This document shows, piece after piece, positions 1 through 11,683 of a DNA stretch of 64,000 nt (positions are counted from its first letter, which is position 1; every line of letters begins with the position of its first letter). This stretch comes from Eutreptiella sp. 'Long Island Sound 2002' (lineage: Eukaryota; Protista; Euglenida), in the NCBI GenBank assembly GCA_964036045.1, contig OZ038378.1:166284001-166348000 (forward strand), written 5' to 3'. A program made the position numbers and the translations under genes. The notes beneath the pieces were generated by a model. The model saw only the letters and a list, made by a program, of their open reading frames with translations. It did no database searches and was not told where the DNA came from.

Positions 1-15
1 AAACCCATCCGTCAA

Positions 16-1675
16 ATGGGGACGTATGGGGACGTATGGGGACCTTTGGGGGCCTATTGGCACCTTGGGGACCTATGGTGGCCCATGGGGGCCTATGGGG
101 GCCTATGGGGACCTATGGGGGCCAATGGGGACCTATGGGTGCCTATGGGGACCTTTGGGGGCCAAGCGGGGCCTATGGGGGCCTATGGGGACCTTTGGGG
201 GCCTATGGGGACGTTTGGGGGCCTATGGGGACCTTTGGGGGCCTATGGGGGCCTATTGGCACCTATGGGGACCTATGGGGGCCAAGGGGGCCCTATGGGG
301 GCCTATGGGGGCCTATGGGGACTTATAGGGGCCTATGGGGACCTTTGGGGGCCTATGGGGACCTTTGGGGGCCTATGGGGGCCTATGGGGACCTTTGGGG
401 GCCTATGGGGGCCTATGGTGACCTTTGGGGGCCAATGGGGACCTATGGGTTCCTATGGGGACCTATGGGGGCCTATTGGCACCTATGGGGACGTATGGGG
501 GCCAAGGGGGGCCTATGGGGGCCTATGGGGGCCTATGGGGACTTATAGGGGCCTACGGGGACCTTTGGGGGCCTATGGGGACCTTTGGGGGCCTATGGGG
601 GCCTATGGGGCCCTTTGGGGGCCTATGGGGGCCTATGGGGACCTTTGGGGGCCTATGGGAACCTTTGGGGGCCTATGGGGACCTTTGGGGGCCTATGGGG
701 GCCTATGGGGGCCTATGGGGGCCTATGGGGCTCTATGGGGGCCTATGGGGACCTTTGGGGGCCTATGCGGGCCTATGGGGGCCTATGGGGCTCTATGGGG
801 GCCTATGGGGACCTTTGGGGGCCTATGGGGGCCTATGGGGGCACGTGGGGACCTATGGGGACCTATGGGGGCCTATGGGGACCTATGGGGGCCTATGGGG
901 ACCTCTAGGGGCCTATGGGGGTCTATGGGGACCTATGGTGGCCTATGGGGGTCTATGGGGACCTATGGGGGCCTATTGGCACCTTTGGGGACCTTTGGGG
1001 ACCTATGGGGGCCAATGGGGGCCTATGGGGACCTATGGGGGCCTATGGGGACCTATAGGGGCCTATGGGGACCTTTGGGGGCCTATGGGGACCTTTGGGG
1101 GCCTATAGGGGCCTATGGGGCTCTATGGGGGCCTATGGGGCTCTATGGGGGCCTATGGGGACCTTTGGGGGCCTATGGGGGCCTATGGGGGCACGTGGGG
1201 ACCTATGGGGACCTATGGGGACCTATGGGGGCCTATGGGGACCTATGGGGGCCTATGGGGGTCTATGGGGGCCTATGGGGGCCTATGGGGACCTTTGGGG
1301 GTCTATGGGGACCTATTGGGGCCTATGGGGGCCTATGGGCACCTTTGGGGGTCTATGGGGGCCTATTGGGGCCTATGGGGGCCTATGGGGACCTATGGGG
1401 ACCTATGGGGGCTTGTGGAGGCCTATGGGGGCCTGTGGGGACCTATGCGGACCTATGGGCACCTTTGGGGACCTATGGGGACCTTTGGGGGCCGATGGGG
1501 ACTCATTGCAATCTAGGGGGACCTTTGGGGACCTATGGGCACCTCTGGGGACCCATGGGCACCTTTGGGGGCCTATGGGGGCCTATGGGGGCCTATGGGG
1601 ACCTATTGGCACCTTTGGGGACCTATGGGCACCTTTGGGGGCCCATGGGGGCCTATGGGGGCCTATGGGCACCTT
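16..1675. repeat. Degenerate 10-bp G-rich minisatellite (GGGGCCTATG / GGGACCTATG / GGGACCTTTG variants)
   Basis: Continuous 10-nt periodicity over ~1.66 kb. The long 'MGAYGGLWGP' ORFs in three frames are artefacts of the period. Confidence 0.95.
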
Positions 1676-2004
1676 TTTGTTTGCCACTTTCCTTGCTCAC
1701 ACATTTTCCCCATTTTCCCATTTTGGTGTTCAAAGTCTTTTTTACTTTTGTACTGCCGTGTTTTTGATTGTCCAAGGTGGTTCGCCAATGATTTTTCAAT
1801 TGTGTCCTCCCTTTTTGTTTTTTTCATTTGGGGGGGGGGGTCGATTTAGATTTAGGCATAGTTTCTCCCAATTTCCTCTGGGCATTAGACCCCTAGTCCC
1901 ACCTCCAATAGATAAGAATATCAGACATCTTCTTGGACAGACCGCACACACAACATCCCTTATCAGACATCAGACATCAGACTTTATACACATAGCTGCC
2001 ACGG

Positions 2005-2180
2005 CGTGCTTGGAATATTTGCTTGGAAAAAGGGACGGGGGAGTTGGTGCCACGGGGTGCCTGCGATATTGCTACCAACTTTTCGGGGAGCCCTAGGAAG
2101 GGGAGCGTGCTTGGAATATTTGCTTGGAAAAAGGGACGGGGGAGTTGGTGCCTCGTGGTGCCTGCGATATTGCTACCAAC
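2005..2180. repeat. Local tandem duplication, 101-bp period
   Basis: CGTGCTTGGAATATTTGCTTGG...GATATTGCTACCAAC occurs at 2005-2079 and again at 2106-2180. Confidence 0.9.
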
Positions 2181-3179
2181 ATTTCAAGAAGCTTTGGGAA
2201 GGGGAGGATGCTAGGAACGCTTTCAAGGAGGTCACCGTTGCTGCACATGTTGTGCGAGCGATGGCAAAAAGCTAAGAATGCAGTGGAAAACCCCCTGCAA
2301 AATACAACCAGTGAAATGGAGCATTTTGGTCAGCAAAAGAACATTTCAAGGTAAGGGATTTTGCGACATGTGATGGCGCAGGACCCATGATACGTCAGGC
2401 TGGAATAGATGGCGGCGCGGCTGGCCAGCACCAGGAAGGGGGTGCTCAGTCCGGTCCTGTACGAGAAGACAACGGGGGTGTACGCACCCGACACCCCTAA
2501 GTTGGTGGCCAGACGCTCCGCTGCTATGCCAGATAGTGTGCCTGAAGCAGCAGACTTGACGCCCACGGGGCGGAACGAGCGCGCTGGGTGGCGCGGGAGC
2601 GGTTTGGTGGGCTTCCCTTTGTAAATCCCATATCTCACTGTGCCGTTCACGACGGTGGGGGTGCCAGCCTCTGCTTGCAAGAGGGAGTGCAACAGTCCAA
2701 CGTGGATCCCACCACCAGCCCGAAACAGGAGGGACCTTGTGACGTTGTCGGTCAAGACCGCAAGCGTGCGAATGCCCAACCTCCGCTCGGCCAGGGACTC
2801 GGTGGTGAGGAGGGGTGCTGCGGTGACGTGGGGGGGGGGGGGGGTGGGCGGGTCATTTGGGGGCCAGATCTGAGGACGTTGAGCAGGTGCGTGGTGGGAA
2901 GTTCCAGAGAGGGGCAGCGAAGGGGGGACCAGACAGCGAAGTCAAACCGGGACTCGAAGTAGGCGTGGTCCAGCTGTAGGTGTCGGTTGCAGGTCTGGGC
3001 GGCTGACTGGCGCTGGACTTCTACTAGGCGGGCGTCGCGCGTGGGGAGGTCGGCCTCAGGGCGGGGGAGGATGCCACTGAACGGCTCTAGTGGGAGAGGG
3101 GAGGTGTAGAGCTGCGCGGGTGGCGGCCGTGATGGAGGCTGAGCGGAGGATGTCCAGGCAGTCCTGGGCGCCCCGTGCC

Positions 3180-3555
3180 CAGGGGGTGCCATAAGGACGC
3201 TCACCCTTTTTTTTTTTTACTATGGCATCCACTCTCTGATGTTTGGTGGCTACCCACCAACCGCCATCGGTTACCCACCAACCGCCATCGGTTACCCACC
3301 AACCGCCATCGGTTACCCACCAACCGCCATCGGTCACCGACCAACCGCCATTTGTTACCCACCAACCGCCATCGGTTACCCACCAACCACCATTGGTTAC
3401 ACACCAAGCGCCATCGGTTACCCACCAACCGCCATCAGTTACCCACCAACCGCCATTGGTTACACACCAACCGCCATCGGTTACCCACCAACCGCCATCG
3501 TAGGGCGTATTGGACACTCGGAGTTTTTTTTTTCTTTTCATTATGGCACCCCCTG
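3180..3555. mobile_element. 376-bp non-autonomous hAT-type element (MITE)
   Basis: Perfect 15-bp TIRs CAGGGGGTGCCATAA (3180-3194) and TTATGGCACCCCCTG (3541-3555). Perfect 8-bp TSD CCCGTGCC (3172-3179, 3556-3563). An 8-bp TSD with CAGGG ends is typical of hAT elements. Confidence 0.92.
3251..3500. repeat. 21-bp minisatellite (CCACCAACCGCCATCGGTTAC, ~12 copies) inside the MITE
   Basis: Direct reading of the tandem units. It explains the 'YPPTAIG', 'VTDGGWW' and 'VTHQPPS' ORFs. Confidence 0.95.
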
Positions 3556-4364
3556 CCCGTGCCTCCGCGGCCTTGCGGAGGTCTGTGATCTGTTGGTCCA
3601 GCTGCCACACACACCAAAAGAAAGCACAGGCTCTGCTGGCCAAACCACTCATGTACACCACAAAAGTGGAAGCAATAAAGGTGCTCACCAACTTACCACC
3701 AACAACAATCGCTTTGCGTGTCCAACTGGAGAGACACTGTACCTTACAGCGGTGCGCGGGCCCGTACCCCACCAGATGTCTCGTTGGAAAACCAAAGGCC
3801 TACAGATGTTGCAACGGCGCCAATCGTGGCTGGATGACTACACAGGAACCACGAAAGTCCTTTTCAAGGCTACAGCTGTGCATACCGCGCAAGTGTACAC
3901 AGCACGGTGCTTTAGTGACTGGCAACACCACATCAAATATGCACTAAAATGGTGGTGGGAGCACAAAAGGGACTGGTATGAAAACCAGGTCATGCAGATG
4001 AATATCCCCAGGGGCAGAAAGCGCAACAGATCCAGGGACCAGAGGGCACAATGGGCAAACAAACGCCTGCGTACATGAAGGACATAGGTGCGCCCAACAG
4101 GGATTTTCTCTGTCTTCTCATCGCAGAACTTTTTACACAACAACAGATTTTATTTTTGCTTGCCCCAGTGGCGTGGCAGTTTCTGATACTGCACGAGCAG
4201 ATGACAGGTTACTGGTGAGCTTCAAGTATACGTCCCATCACCACGGGTGGTATGCGGCCCAGGTACCGCACGGGACAACATATGTTGTACTTACACTGTC
4301 ATTACTGATCCGGCCCATCTGGCCGAGCACTTATGAAGAACTTGTAAGTCTGAGAAAAAAAAAT

Positions 4365-4660
4365 AGACTGGCCGCCACAAGAAACGTGCCGATACCGTGT
4401 GGCATGTGGCAAAGGCACTAGGACGACCGGGTGGTCCTAGTGCATTACCTCGGCGATTTTGTGCTTTTTTTTAGCACCAAACCTACATTATTCCCCCCCC
4501 CCCCCCTTTGCGATCACCCCCGCCCCGTGGGGGGGGGGGGGGCTGTCACCTTGACAATAGTTTTCCTTGATGAGCTCCCTTGTTCTTCCTTGGCTTGTGC
4601 CCCCTGCTAGCGTTGACTCCTCTTTGCATTCAAACACAAATGCATGCTATAGGCGCGCAT
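4365..4660. repeat. ~295-bp dispersed repeat X, copy 1, with a GCACTAGGAC...GTCCTAGTGC stem-loop
   Basis: Colinear with 53566-53860. 10-bp inverted repeat at 4415-4443. Confidence 0.85.
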
Positions 4661-5978
4661 GTTTGGTATTACTGTCGTAGCAAGGGTGCCCCACTTCTGG
4701 CAGCCATCATTGGTCCCTCGCCCTGATTTCCTACATATTCAATACTGGGGTACTAGGGACAAGGTGCTGGATCATACAGCAGCCAATTTATCTCAGTTGG
4801 AAGCAGTACAAGATGCATGCCGGGATCTCCTGCTGCTGACAAGGGTGCTTCTCCGCAACCAATTCCCACAGCTACACCACACCTACCTAAAGGGATCAGA
4901 AGACGAGAGGATGGATAATGAGCTATTTGCTGAGTTGTTGTTAGGATACAGTGCTAACTGATATTCTTCTAATCTAGTACAGATTTCAATGACAGACGGT
5001 CATAGGGAGTGGAGAAGGAGAACGTGGTTGGTGCGCAGGTAATCAGCCGGACACCGATAAAGGACCAAAGGATGTGAAGGGGTCGGGTACAGAGCACGTG
5101 CGGCGGTGAAGGTGTCTTTACACCACCTTGTTTAAAATGCCTTTTCACCTTTGATGGGCCGTCCAAAGAGAGGCAACGGCATTACGCACCACAAGTGAGC
5201 TAGAAAGGGCACTGCTTAAAGAGAGGAAGTGCACTGGAGGAGGATGATGCTGATTCCAATCAGGGAGGATCCAAGCCGTGCAAGCCCATACATGCGGGTG
5301 TGCGTTGATGACCCGGTAGCACCGATGCAGGGCGACACATGTATGGCACCCGTGAGTGCTCATCTCTTGAGAAGTGCAGCTTGATCATCTTGATACCTTG
5401 GTTCATGGAAACACTACAGTGGTGCAATGCGTGTTCCCGCATCAAATCCTTGAGTTTCCAGCCAATTGTACCTGTCTATCCTATGGCAATCACAGTCCAC
5501 ATGTATCGATGTATTGTGCCATGTGGCGCATCCCTTACCGGGGTAGCCCGGTGATGGTGGCGGTGATTAACCACGATGTGCTGCAATTTCCTCTGACATT
5601 ATGGTCAAATAAGAAACCTGTTGAGCCCGTTGACTTGGTGAATGGTGTGCAAACGATTGCCCAAGCTTCGCAAACCGGGGAGAGGGTGAGAGCATCAACT
5701 GTCCTGACGTCGTAACACAACAATGAGTTGATCCAAAATCATAGGAAAAAGGGGAAGACAGCAGTGGGACTATCCCAAGAGAGAGTCCGCTCTAACCGAT
5801 TGACCACTGCGCACGAAAGCATTTGAGCCTGGCAATGGGAACGCACACTGAACGTATGGTTTGTTGCAGCTGTAGCATACAGTCGGAGCTAGGAGTTGCA
5901 GCTCACAGTTTGTGCAAGAGTTGGATGGTGATTGTGGTCCACATTGGAACAAGGCTGTAGGACATATGCATACTGTAG

Positions 5979-5981
5979 TTC

Positions 5982-6038
<57 letters not shown>

Positions 6039-6171
6039 CCTTTTTCCTTCTTCGATTGGAAAAATTGTTTTCTACACTGTGAGTGGTTCTCAACAGCCCA
6101 ATCTGGTCTACCGGTGGAAGCAACAGAAATATTCTTGTGGCTCTCTTGTGGTTTCAGGTTCTTCCAAGGCC
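5979..6171 (+). promoter_or_regulatory. (CT)n polypyrimidine tract and candidate trans-splice acceptor AGs upstream of phytochrome copy 1
   Basis: A long (CT)n/pyrimidine run (5979-6052) is followed by ...TTTCAG and ...CCAAG just before GCCATGG (ATG 6172). This fits euglenozoan SL trans-splicing signals (inference). Confidence 0.6.
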
Positions 6172-9100
6172 ATGGCACCAGCCCACGAGGATGCATGTCG
6201 GTGGGCAGACGCTGTTTTGCTGTCCAGGCAGTACGAAACAATTTCGACTGCCAAAAGAGAAGCCTATCGACGGAATTCTTTGTCACTAGAAGATCACAAG
6301 CACACTTGTGCCCGAGAAATATCCACAAGCCAAGCGCTGTGCAAGGCCATGGCTATCTTTTGGTGATGGAGAGGGCCACGCTTTCGGTTACCCAAGTCAG
6401 TGCAAACGTCGTTGACCTGGGCTATGAAATCAACTCTCTCCTTGGCACGTCTTTGATGGATGTGATTGGAGCAACAGCCTTCGACAACATCCAGACGACA
6501 ATTGACATTCAAGAGTCCAAGCCAATGAGCAGTTTCCCTGTGGAATTCGGTGTTGGAGAACACAGAAAAACACTTGCAAGCTCCTTCCATGTGCGTGGCA
6601 CAAGTGCGTTTCTTGAGCTGGAACCTTACGTACCAGTCACTTCAAGAGGTGTTGATGCTGGAAATGTGCAAGTCCGATGCATGAGTCAGAAGCTGTTAAC
6701 GGTCGAAAGCAGTGTCGAAGGTTGCCAGCTCTTGACACAAAGTGTTCAGAGCACAACGGGGTTTGACCGGGTAATGGTCTACATGTTTCACCCTGATCAA
6801 CACGGTGAAGTCATTGCGGAGACCCTTCGACCTGATTCTGGGGTGGAGAGCCTCAAGGGGCTGCACTTCCCGGCACATGATATTCCGGAGCAGGCCAGGG
6901 CTTGCTTCGTCCGCAACATCTACTCACACATCCCCCATGTGAAGCATGACGAAATCCCGCTTGTCCCAGTCGATTGTCCCCACAGCATGGAACGTCCGGA
7001 CATGACGCTGGTGAGCCTTCGATCCGTGGCCCCGGGGTGCACCCAATACTACCTCAACCTGGGTATTCAAGCATCCTTAGTGGTGTCTCTAGTGGTTGAT
7101 GGCCAATTGTGGGGCTTGCTGATCTGCCATCATATGTCGCCAAAATTCGTCCCATTCTATGAAAGGGTTGCAGCCGCAATGGTCAGTGAAGTCTTGTCCC
7201 TGTTCATCAGCGTACAGCAGCGGTTGGAACTTGCGCGGCAGCAGGAAAGCGCTGGGCGGGCGCAGCGAAGAATGGTTCACTGCCTGAAGGAGACCCATGA
7301 CCCGCAGGCAGCATTCGTCGGCGAAAACGGGAATGTTTCTGATCTATTAAAATGTACAGGGGCCTGCTGTGTGATCGATGGTGTGGTGCATCGATTTGGC
7401 GTCACCCCTACTGAAGAGGATATTCTTGAGTTAGTGAGTTTTGCCTTGGAGCACTCTGGTGGGGTGCTGTGTTCCACAAATCTTCCGGATGTCTACCCCA
7501 ACGCAGAGAAGTTCAGTGAGCATGCAAGGGGTTGCTTGCTGCAGAGCGCGTCCACCACAACGAAAGACCTCAAGGAAGGTAGCTTAGTTTGCATCTGGTT
7601 TCGGGGATCCATTACCCGAAATGTATATTGGGCAGGTGACCCTGCCAGCAGCTTCATCCCCGGGGGCATGGTCCCCCGCTCATCGTTCAGGCCGTTCAGT
7701 CAAACAGAAACGCTCTCTGCCGTGCCATGGACACGGAGCGACGAGCATATAGTCAGCAACTTCGTGCGTGACATCAGCCTGCAACTGGCCGAAATCAAGT
7801 GCCAGCAGGCAGAGCACCGCCTGAGGCGAATGCAGATGAAGGATCAATTCATCGCCAACATCTCCCATGAGATTCGCACCCCTCTTTATGCCATTAACGG
7901 CATGGCCGAGGAATGCATAGAGGCGCCGCACCTTCCCAGTGACCTTCAGGAGCCTGTGGAGTTGATCCATGCCAGTGGCACGTCGCTGCTCAGTCTTCTG
8001 AACGACATCATCGATGTAAAGAAGTTAGAAGATGGGAAGCTGCAATTGGTGCCCCAAGATGTCAACGTTGTGCAATTGGCGCGTTTCTGCCTGAAGATGT
8101 TCAGCAAGCAATTGAAGGCCAAGGGCCTGCTTGGGAAGCTGATCTACACCCCCTCCCTGGAGCATACAACTCTCAGTATCGACAAGACGCGGCTGCAGCA
8201 GCTGTACGTCAACCTCATCTCCAATGCACTCAAGTTCACAAACACAGGCTCGATTACTGTGCGGCTAACGCACAGCCAAAGCCCGTCCGAGCTGACAGTG
8301 TCTGTTGAAGACACCGGCATTGGCATCAAGGACAGCGACCTCCCCAAGCTCTTTGACAAGTTTGAGCAGGTCGACACCTCCGAAAAGCGGGTGTTTCACG
8401 GGGCAGGCCTGGGGCTGTACATCGTGAAGCAGATCCTGGACCTCATGAATGGCAAGCTGGGGGTCCAATCGGAGTGGCAGAAGGGCTGTCAGTTCTGGTT
8501 CAAGGTCTGTGCCCCCTGCAGCTGTGAAAGCAACACCGCTTGGGCATCCCAGGAGCCATGCGAGGAAGTCGTCATCAAGCCATCGCCATCCCAAGACATG
8601 GAAGCATCCCGGGCCTCAATAACTGCCTTGGTGTCTGGATCCGAAAGCACAAGGTCGACGGTTGCCTGGGCGTCTGCCTCGAGATCCAGCTCGGAGCCCT
8701 CCTCGCTTGCTCGACATTGTGCTGATCCTCCACCGTGCCTGGCCCTTAAGCCGCTACCTCTCACGCCGGTCCCCAGTCGGGCCCGGCCGAGTCCCAAATC
8801 TGCATTCAAGCGGATGTTCCGAGCGGTGTTTTCGACGCGCAGCTCCGATTCCTGTTCAACGCCCTCTTCGCCTTCCGAGACGCTGGTGCCCCAGGCTTCG
8901 ACACCAATCTCTCCCTCAGCCCCTTCCAACATGGGCATGCGGAAGAAGGCCAAGCAGAGGGCGGCACCGGAACCGCCACGTGCGTCGATTCCCATCCAAG
9001 TACGTTCAAGGGGAGGCTTACGCCGAAGAATCCTCGTGGCAGAAGACAACCCTGTGTTGCAGAAGGTCACCTTATCGATGCTGTCGCCCGTGGCAGATTG

Positions 9101-9428
9101 CGTCATCGTCCCGGATGGCGAAGACGTGCTGGAGAAGTTGGGCGAGTCCACGGCGTATGCATTGATATTGATGGATTTGCAGATGCCTCGTCTGGATGGT
9201 GTCGAGACCACGAAAGCCGTGCGAGCCATTCCGCAGTGTGACCACATCCCCATTGTTGGCTTCACTGCCAGTTCCATCCAGAGCGAGTTGGATGCATGCA
9301 AAGCGGCGGGAATGATTGAGGTGCTCTCCAAAAACCTCCCCAGGGCACAGTTGCAATCGTTCGTCTCCAGGTACACACAGCCGGCACCGCAATCAGATGC
9401 TGTGTCGGAGCTATCTTCCCCAGCTTGA
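6172..9428 (+). pseudogene. Phytochrome-type hybrid histidine kinase, copy 1, with a 1-nt deletion near codon 49 (pseudogene or sequencing error)
   Basis: Same domains as 45327-48584. It reads GAGAAAT (6314-6320) where copy 2 reads GAGAAAAT, so the frame from ATG 6172 stops at 6366. The remainder is open in another frame to 9428. Confidence 0.8.
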
Positions 9429-9775
9429 TCCAAGCATGGCATTGCGAAATGCCTTGTTACCCTATCTCAACCGCCCCACCCCTTCCCCCGCTCGTCAGAG
9501 CAAGGAAGGCCATGGAAGGCAGGTGGGCACACGTCGCTTCTTTGCAGCCCCCCTGTGGTATGCCAGAAGCGTATCTTTACCTGCCTTGCATCCAAATTCG
9601 TCACAGCCTCCCATCATGCAGCGTGCGCGCTGTCAAGAGTGCGCACTACTGCTCTGTGGGTATGCAGCTTGGTTCAAAAAGTGAGTGTTCTTCATGGTGA
9701 TGCTGAGACTCCATCAGTCTCTGATGGTCACCACCCACCCCTGCCTACCCTGACTGTCCACGCCACCTCCGTTTC

Positions 9776-10451
9776 TGTCTGATCACTCTGTCTTCACACC
9801 TGCTGAACGACTGGGATCCTACTGCATTTGATGATACCTTCCAGGCATGATACCTCTGTTCTTCACCACCGCAGTGTAGGGGGTAGTGGGCAGTGGGGCT
9901 ACTTCTATACACCACCGCAGTGTAGGGGGTAGTGGGCAGTGGGTATCCTTCTACACACCACCGCAGTGTAGGGGGTAGTGGGCAGTGGGTATCCTTCTAC
10001 ACACCACCGCAGTGTAGGGGGTAGTGGGCAGTGGGTATCCTTGAGTACACTGCAGGTGTGATGTGGCGTAAACCTTGTTGTCTGATCACTCTGTCTTCAC
10101 ACCTGCTGGACGACTGGGATCCTACTGCATTTGATGATACCTTCCAGGCATGATACCTCTGTTCTTCACCACCGCAGTGTAGGGGGTAGTGGGCAGTGGG
10201 GCTACTTCTATACACCACCGCAGTGTAGGGGGTAGTGGGCAGTGGGTATCCTTCTACACACCACCGCAGTGTAGGGGGTAGTGGGCAGTGGGTATCCTTC
10301 TACACACCACCGCAGTGTAGGGGGTAGTGGGCAGTGGGTATCCTTGAGTACACTGCAGGTGTGATGTGGCGTAAACCTTGTTGTCTGATCACTCTGTCTT
10401 CACACCTGCTGGACGACTGGGATCCTACTGCATTTGATGATACCTTCCAGG
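9776..10451. repeat. Compound tandem array: 70-bp A x3 alternating with 233-bp M x2 (303-bp period); each M holds four 46-bp G-rich subunits
   Basis: A at 9776, 10079 and 10382. Subunit CACCACCGCAGTGTAGGGGGTAGTGGGCAGTGGG... at 9864, 9910, 9956, 10002, repeated 303 bp later. The duplicate block has a single A. Confidence 0.92.
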
Positions 10452-11070
10452 GAAAAATTTAGATTAGGACAAGATTGATGTGGACGAACCTCCCTCGTAC
10501 CAAACATTTCCTTCAATTTTAAGGATGCTATGTGCCAAAATGTGTGCACCGGACACCGGCTGCAGGGGGGATTTTCTGCGTGCTACATGCAGTGTGACTG
10601 TGCAACGCAGAGATGAGACGGGGTGTCAACTGACACTGTGTTCTCTGTCGAGACTCACTCAAGACTGACAATGCTCGCATCAGAAGACCGTACAATTCAT
10701 GGATGTACCATGTTCTGTATGCACAAGCGGCGCGCGCGAGGTGTGTGTATTGGGGTGATTTCGTGCACCTACCCACGTATTTGACAGTGAAGTGCATGTG
10801 TTTCGAAGCCGTAAAAGGTATTACCATTGCACATACTGCACTACGTCCCCTTACAGTTTCACCCATGTCTCTTTCATGGTTTCCTACGGGCATCACTGTG
10901 TTCCTGCCACTATCACATCCGTCTCCGAGTGTGGGCAGTACATGAGCATCGAGTATATGGCACAGTACTGGCAGCGCGGCTGTGCAGGGATCGCGACCTA
11001 GCAGATACGGGTAGGATGCAATTGGCGCCGACCACACCGTCCGGCGCAGTGGCCGCGGACGCTCAAGAAT

Positions 11071-11683
11071 GTGCTCCCGGTGGGCAAAGTCACGGAGGAC
11101 GCATGGGCAGTGGCCTCGGAGGTGCTGCTAGCAGAAAAAGGCAGTGCAGCCGCCACTGTGACAGCGACTGCCTATGGCGGTCAGAGGCGGCCTGGGGGAC
11201 GCACTGGAGGTCGCCATGGACCAAGTCCGCTCGGTAGTGCGCAACTCGGGCCGATGTCAGGGGGTCGAGTATTGGGTGGCAAGCTTGCGCCGGAGGTCCT
11301 CACGACCACCACTGTGTGGATGAACCTCCCGGCGGAGTTGAGAGCAACCACGGCCAACCTATGGACGCGGCTGCAAGGGGCCCCCTGGTTCGTGGGGCTA
11401 CCCACTGGAGGCCGCCCAGGACGGATTGGGTTCTCGGTATGGGGCCCAGCCCCGGTGTGTAGGAAGCTAGCCGCGGAGCTGGGTGCCGAAGTGAAACAAC
11501 CCAAGACGCTGGCCAGGGTGTACGGATATGGGCCGGGCTTTGGCTTGGATGCATGCGACGCAGAATCCTATGCCCCACAGAAAATATGTCGAGTATGGCC
11601 TGCCCTGGAGGTGAAGCCGATCGAATACCAGCACCTCACACACTCAGGCCTGCAGACCTTTGCACTCACCCTGGAGGGCGTGC
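11071..11683 (+). other. Unassigned ORF fragment, probably TE-derived, cut off by a YR-element insertion
   Basis: A 209-aa open frame whose end runs into the YR family-2 terminus at 11684. No recognisable motif. Confidence 0.3.

Larger units (their letters stand above)
2400..3790 (-). mobile_element. Possible degenerate DIRS/YR-type RT-thumb/RNase H remnant, interrupted by the MITE at 3180-3555
   Basis: Minus-strand peptides ('RKAIVVGGKLVSTFIAS', 'RTLAVLTDNVT') loosely resemble the pol thumb and the RNase H DN motif. The peptide 'AAEAR(GA)QDCLDILRS' joins up across the MITE. No catalytic RT motif is seen. Confidence 0.3.
4981..10899 (+). repeat. Segmental duplication, copy 1 (phytochrome block)
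   Basis: Colinear with 42944-49449 from AGATTTCAATGACAG to CATCACTGT, apart from indels. Only about a dozen amino-acid differences in the shared ORF. Confidence 0.95.

Noticed and set aside
16-2096. Long Gly/Trp/Pro/Met-rich ORFs (583, 343, 227 aa)
   Set aside because: All three frames give the same peptide because of the 10-bp repeat; they are not genes.
6075-6091. Possible degraded spliced-leader relic before the phytochrome (ACACTGTGAGTGGTTCT)
   Set aside because: Only about 11 of 17 positions match and the T-run/CG end is missing, so it is compatible with chance.
8489-9442. 317-aa minus-strand ORF (also 47645-48598)
   Set aside because: Antisense shadow of the phytochrome kinase/receiver region, with no motifs.
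9776-10451. CRISPR-like repeat/spacer appearance
   Set aside because: The 'spacers' are identical 233-bp modules, there are no cas genes, and the DNA is eukaryotic.
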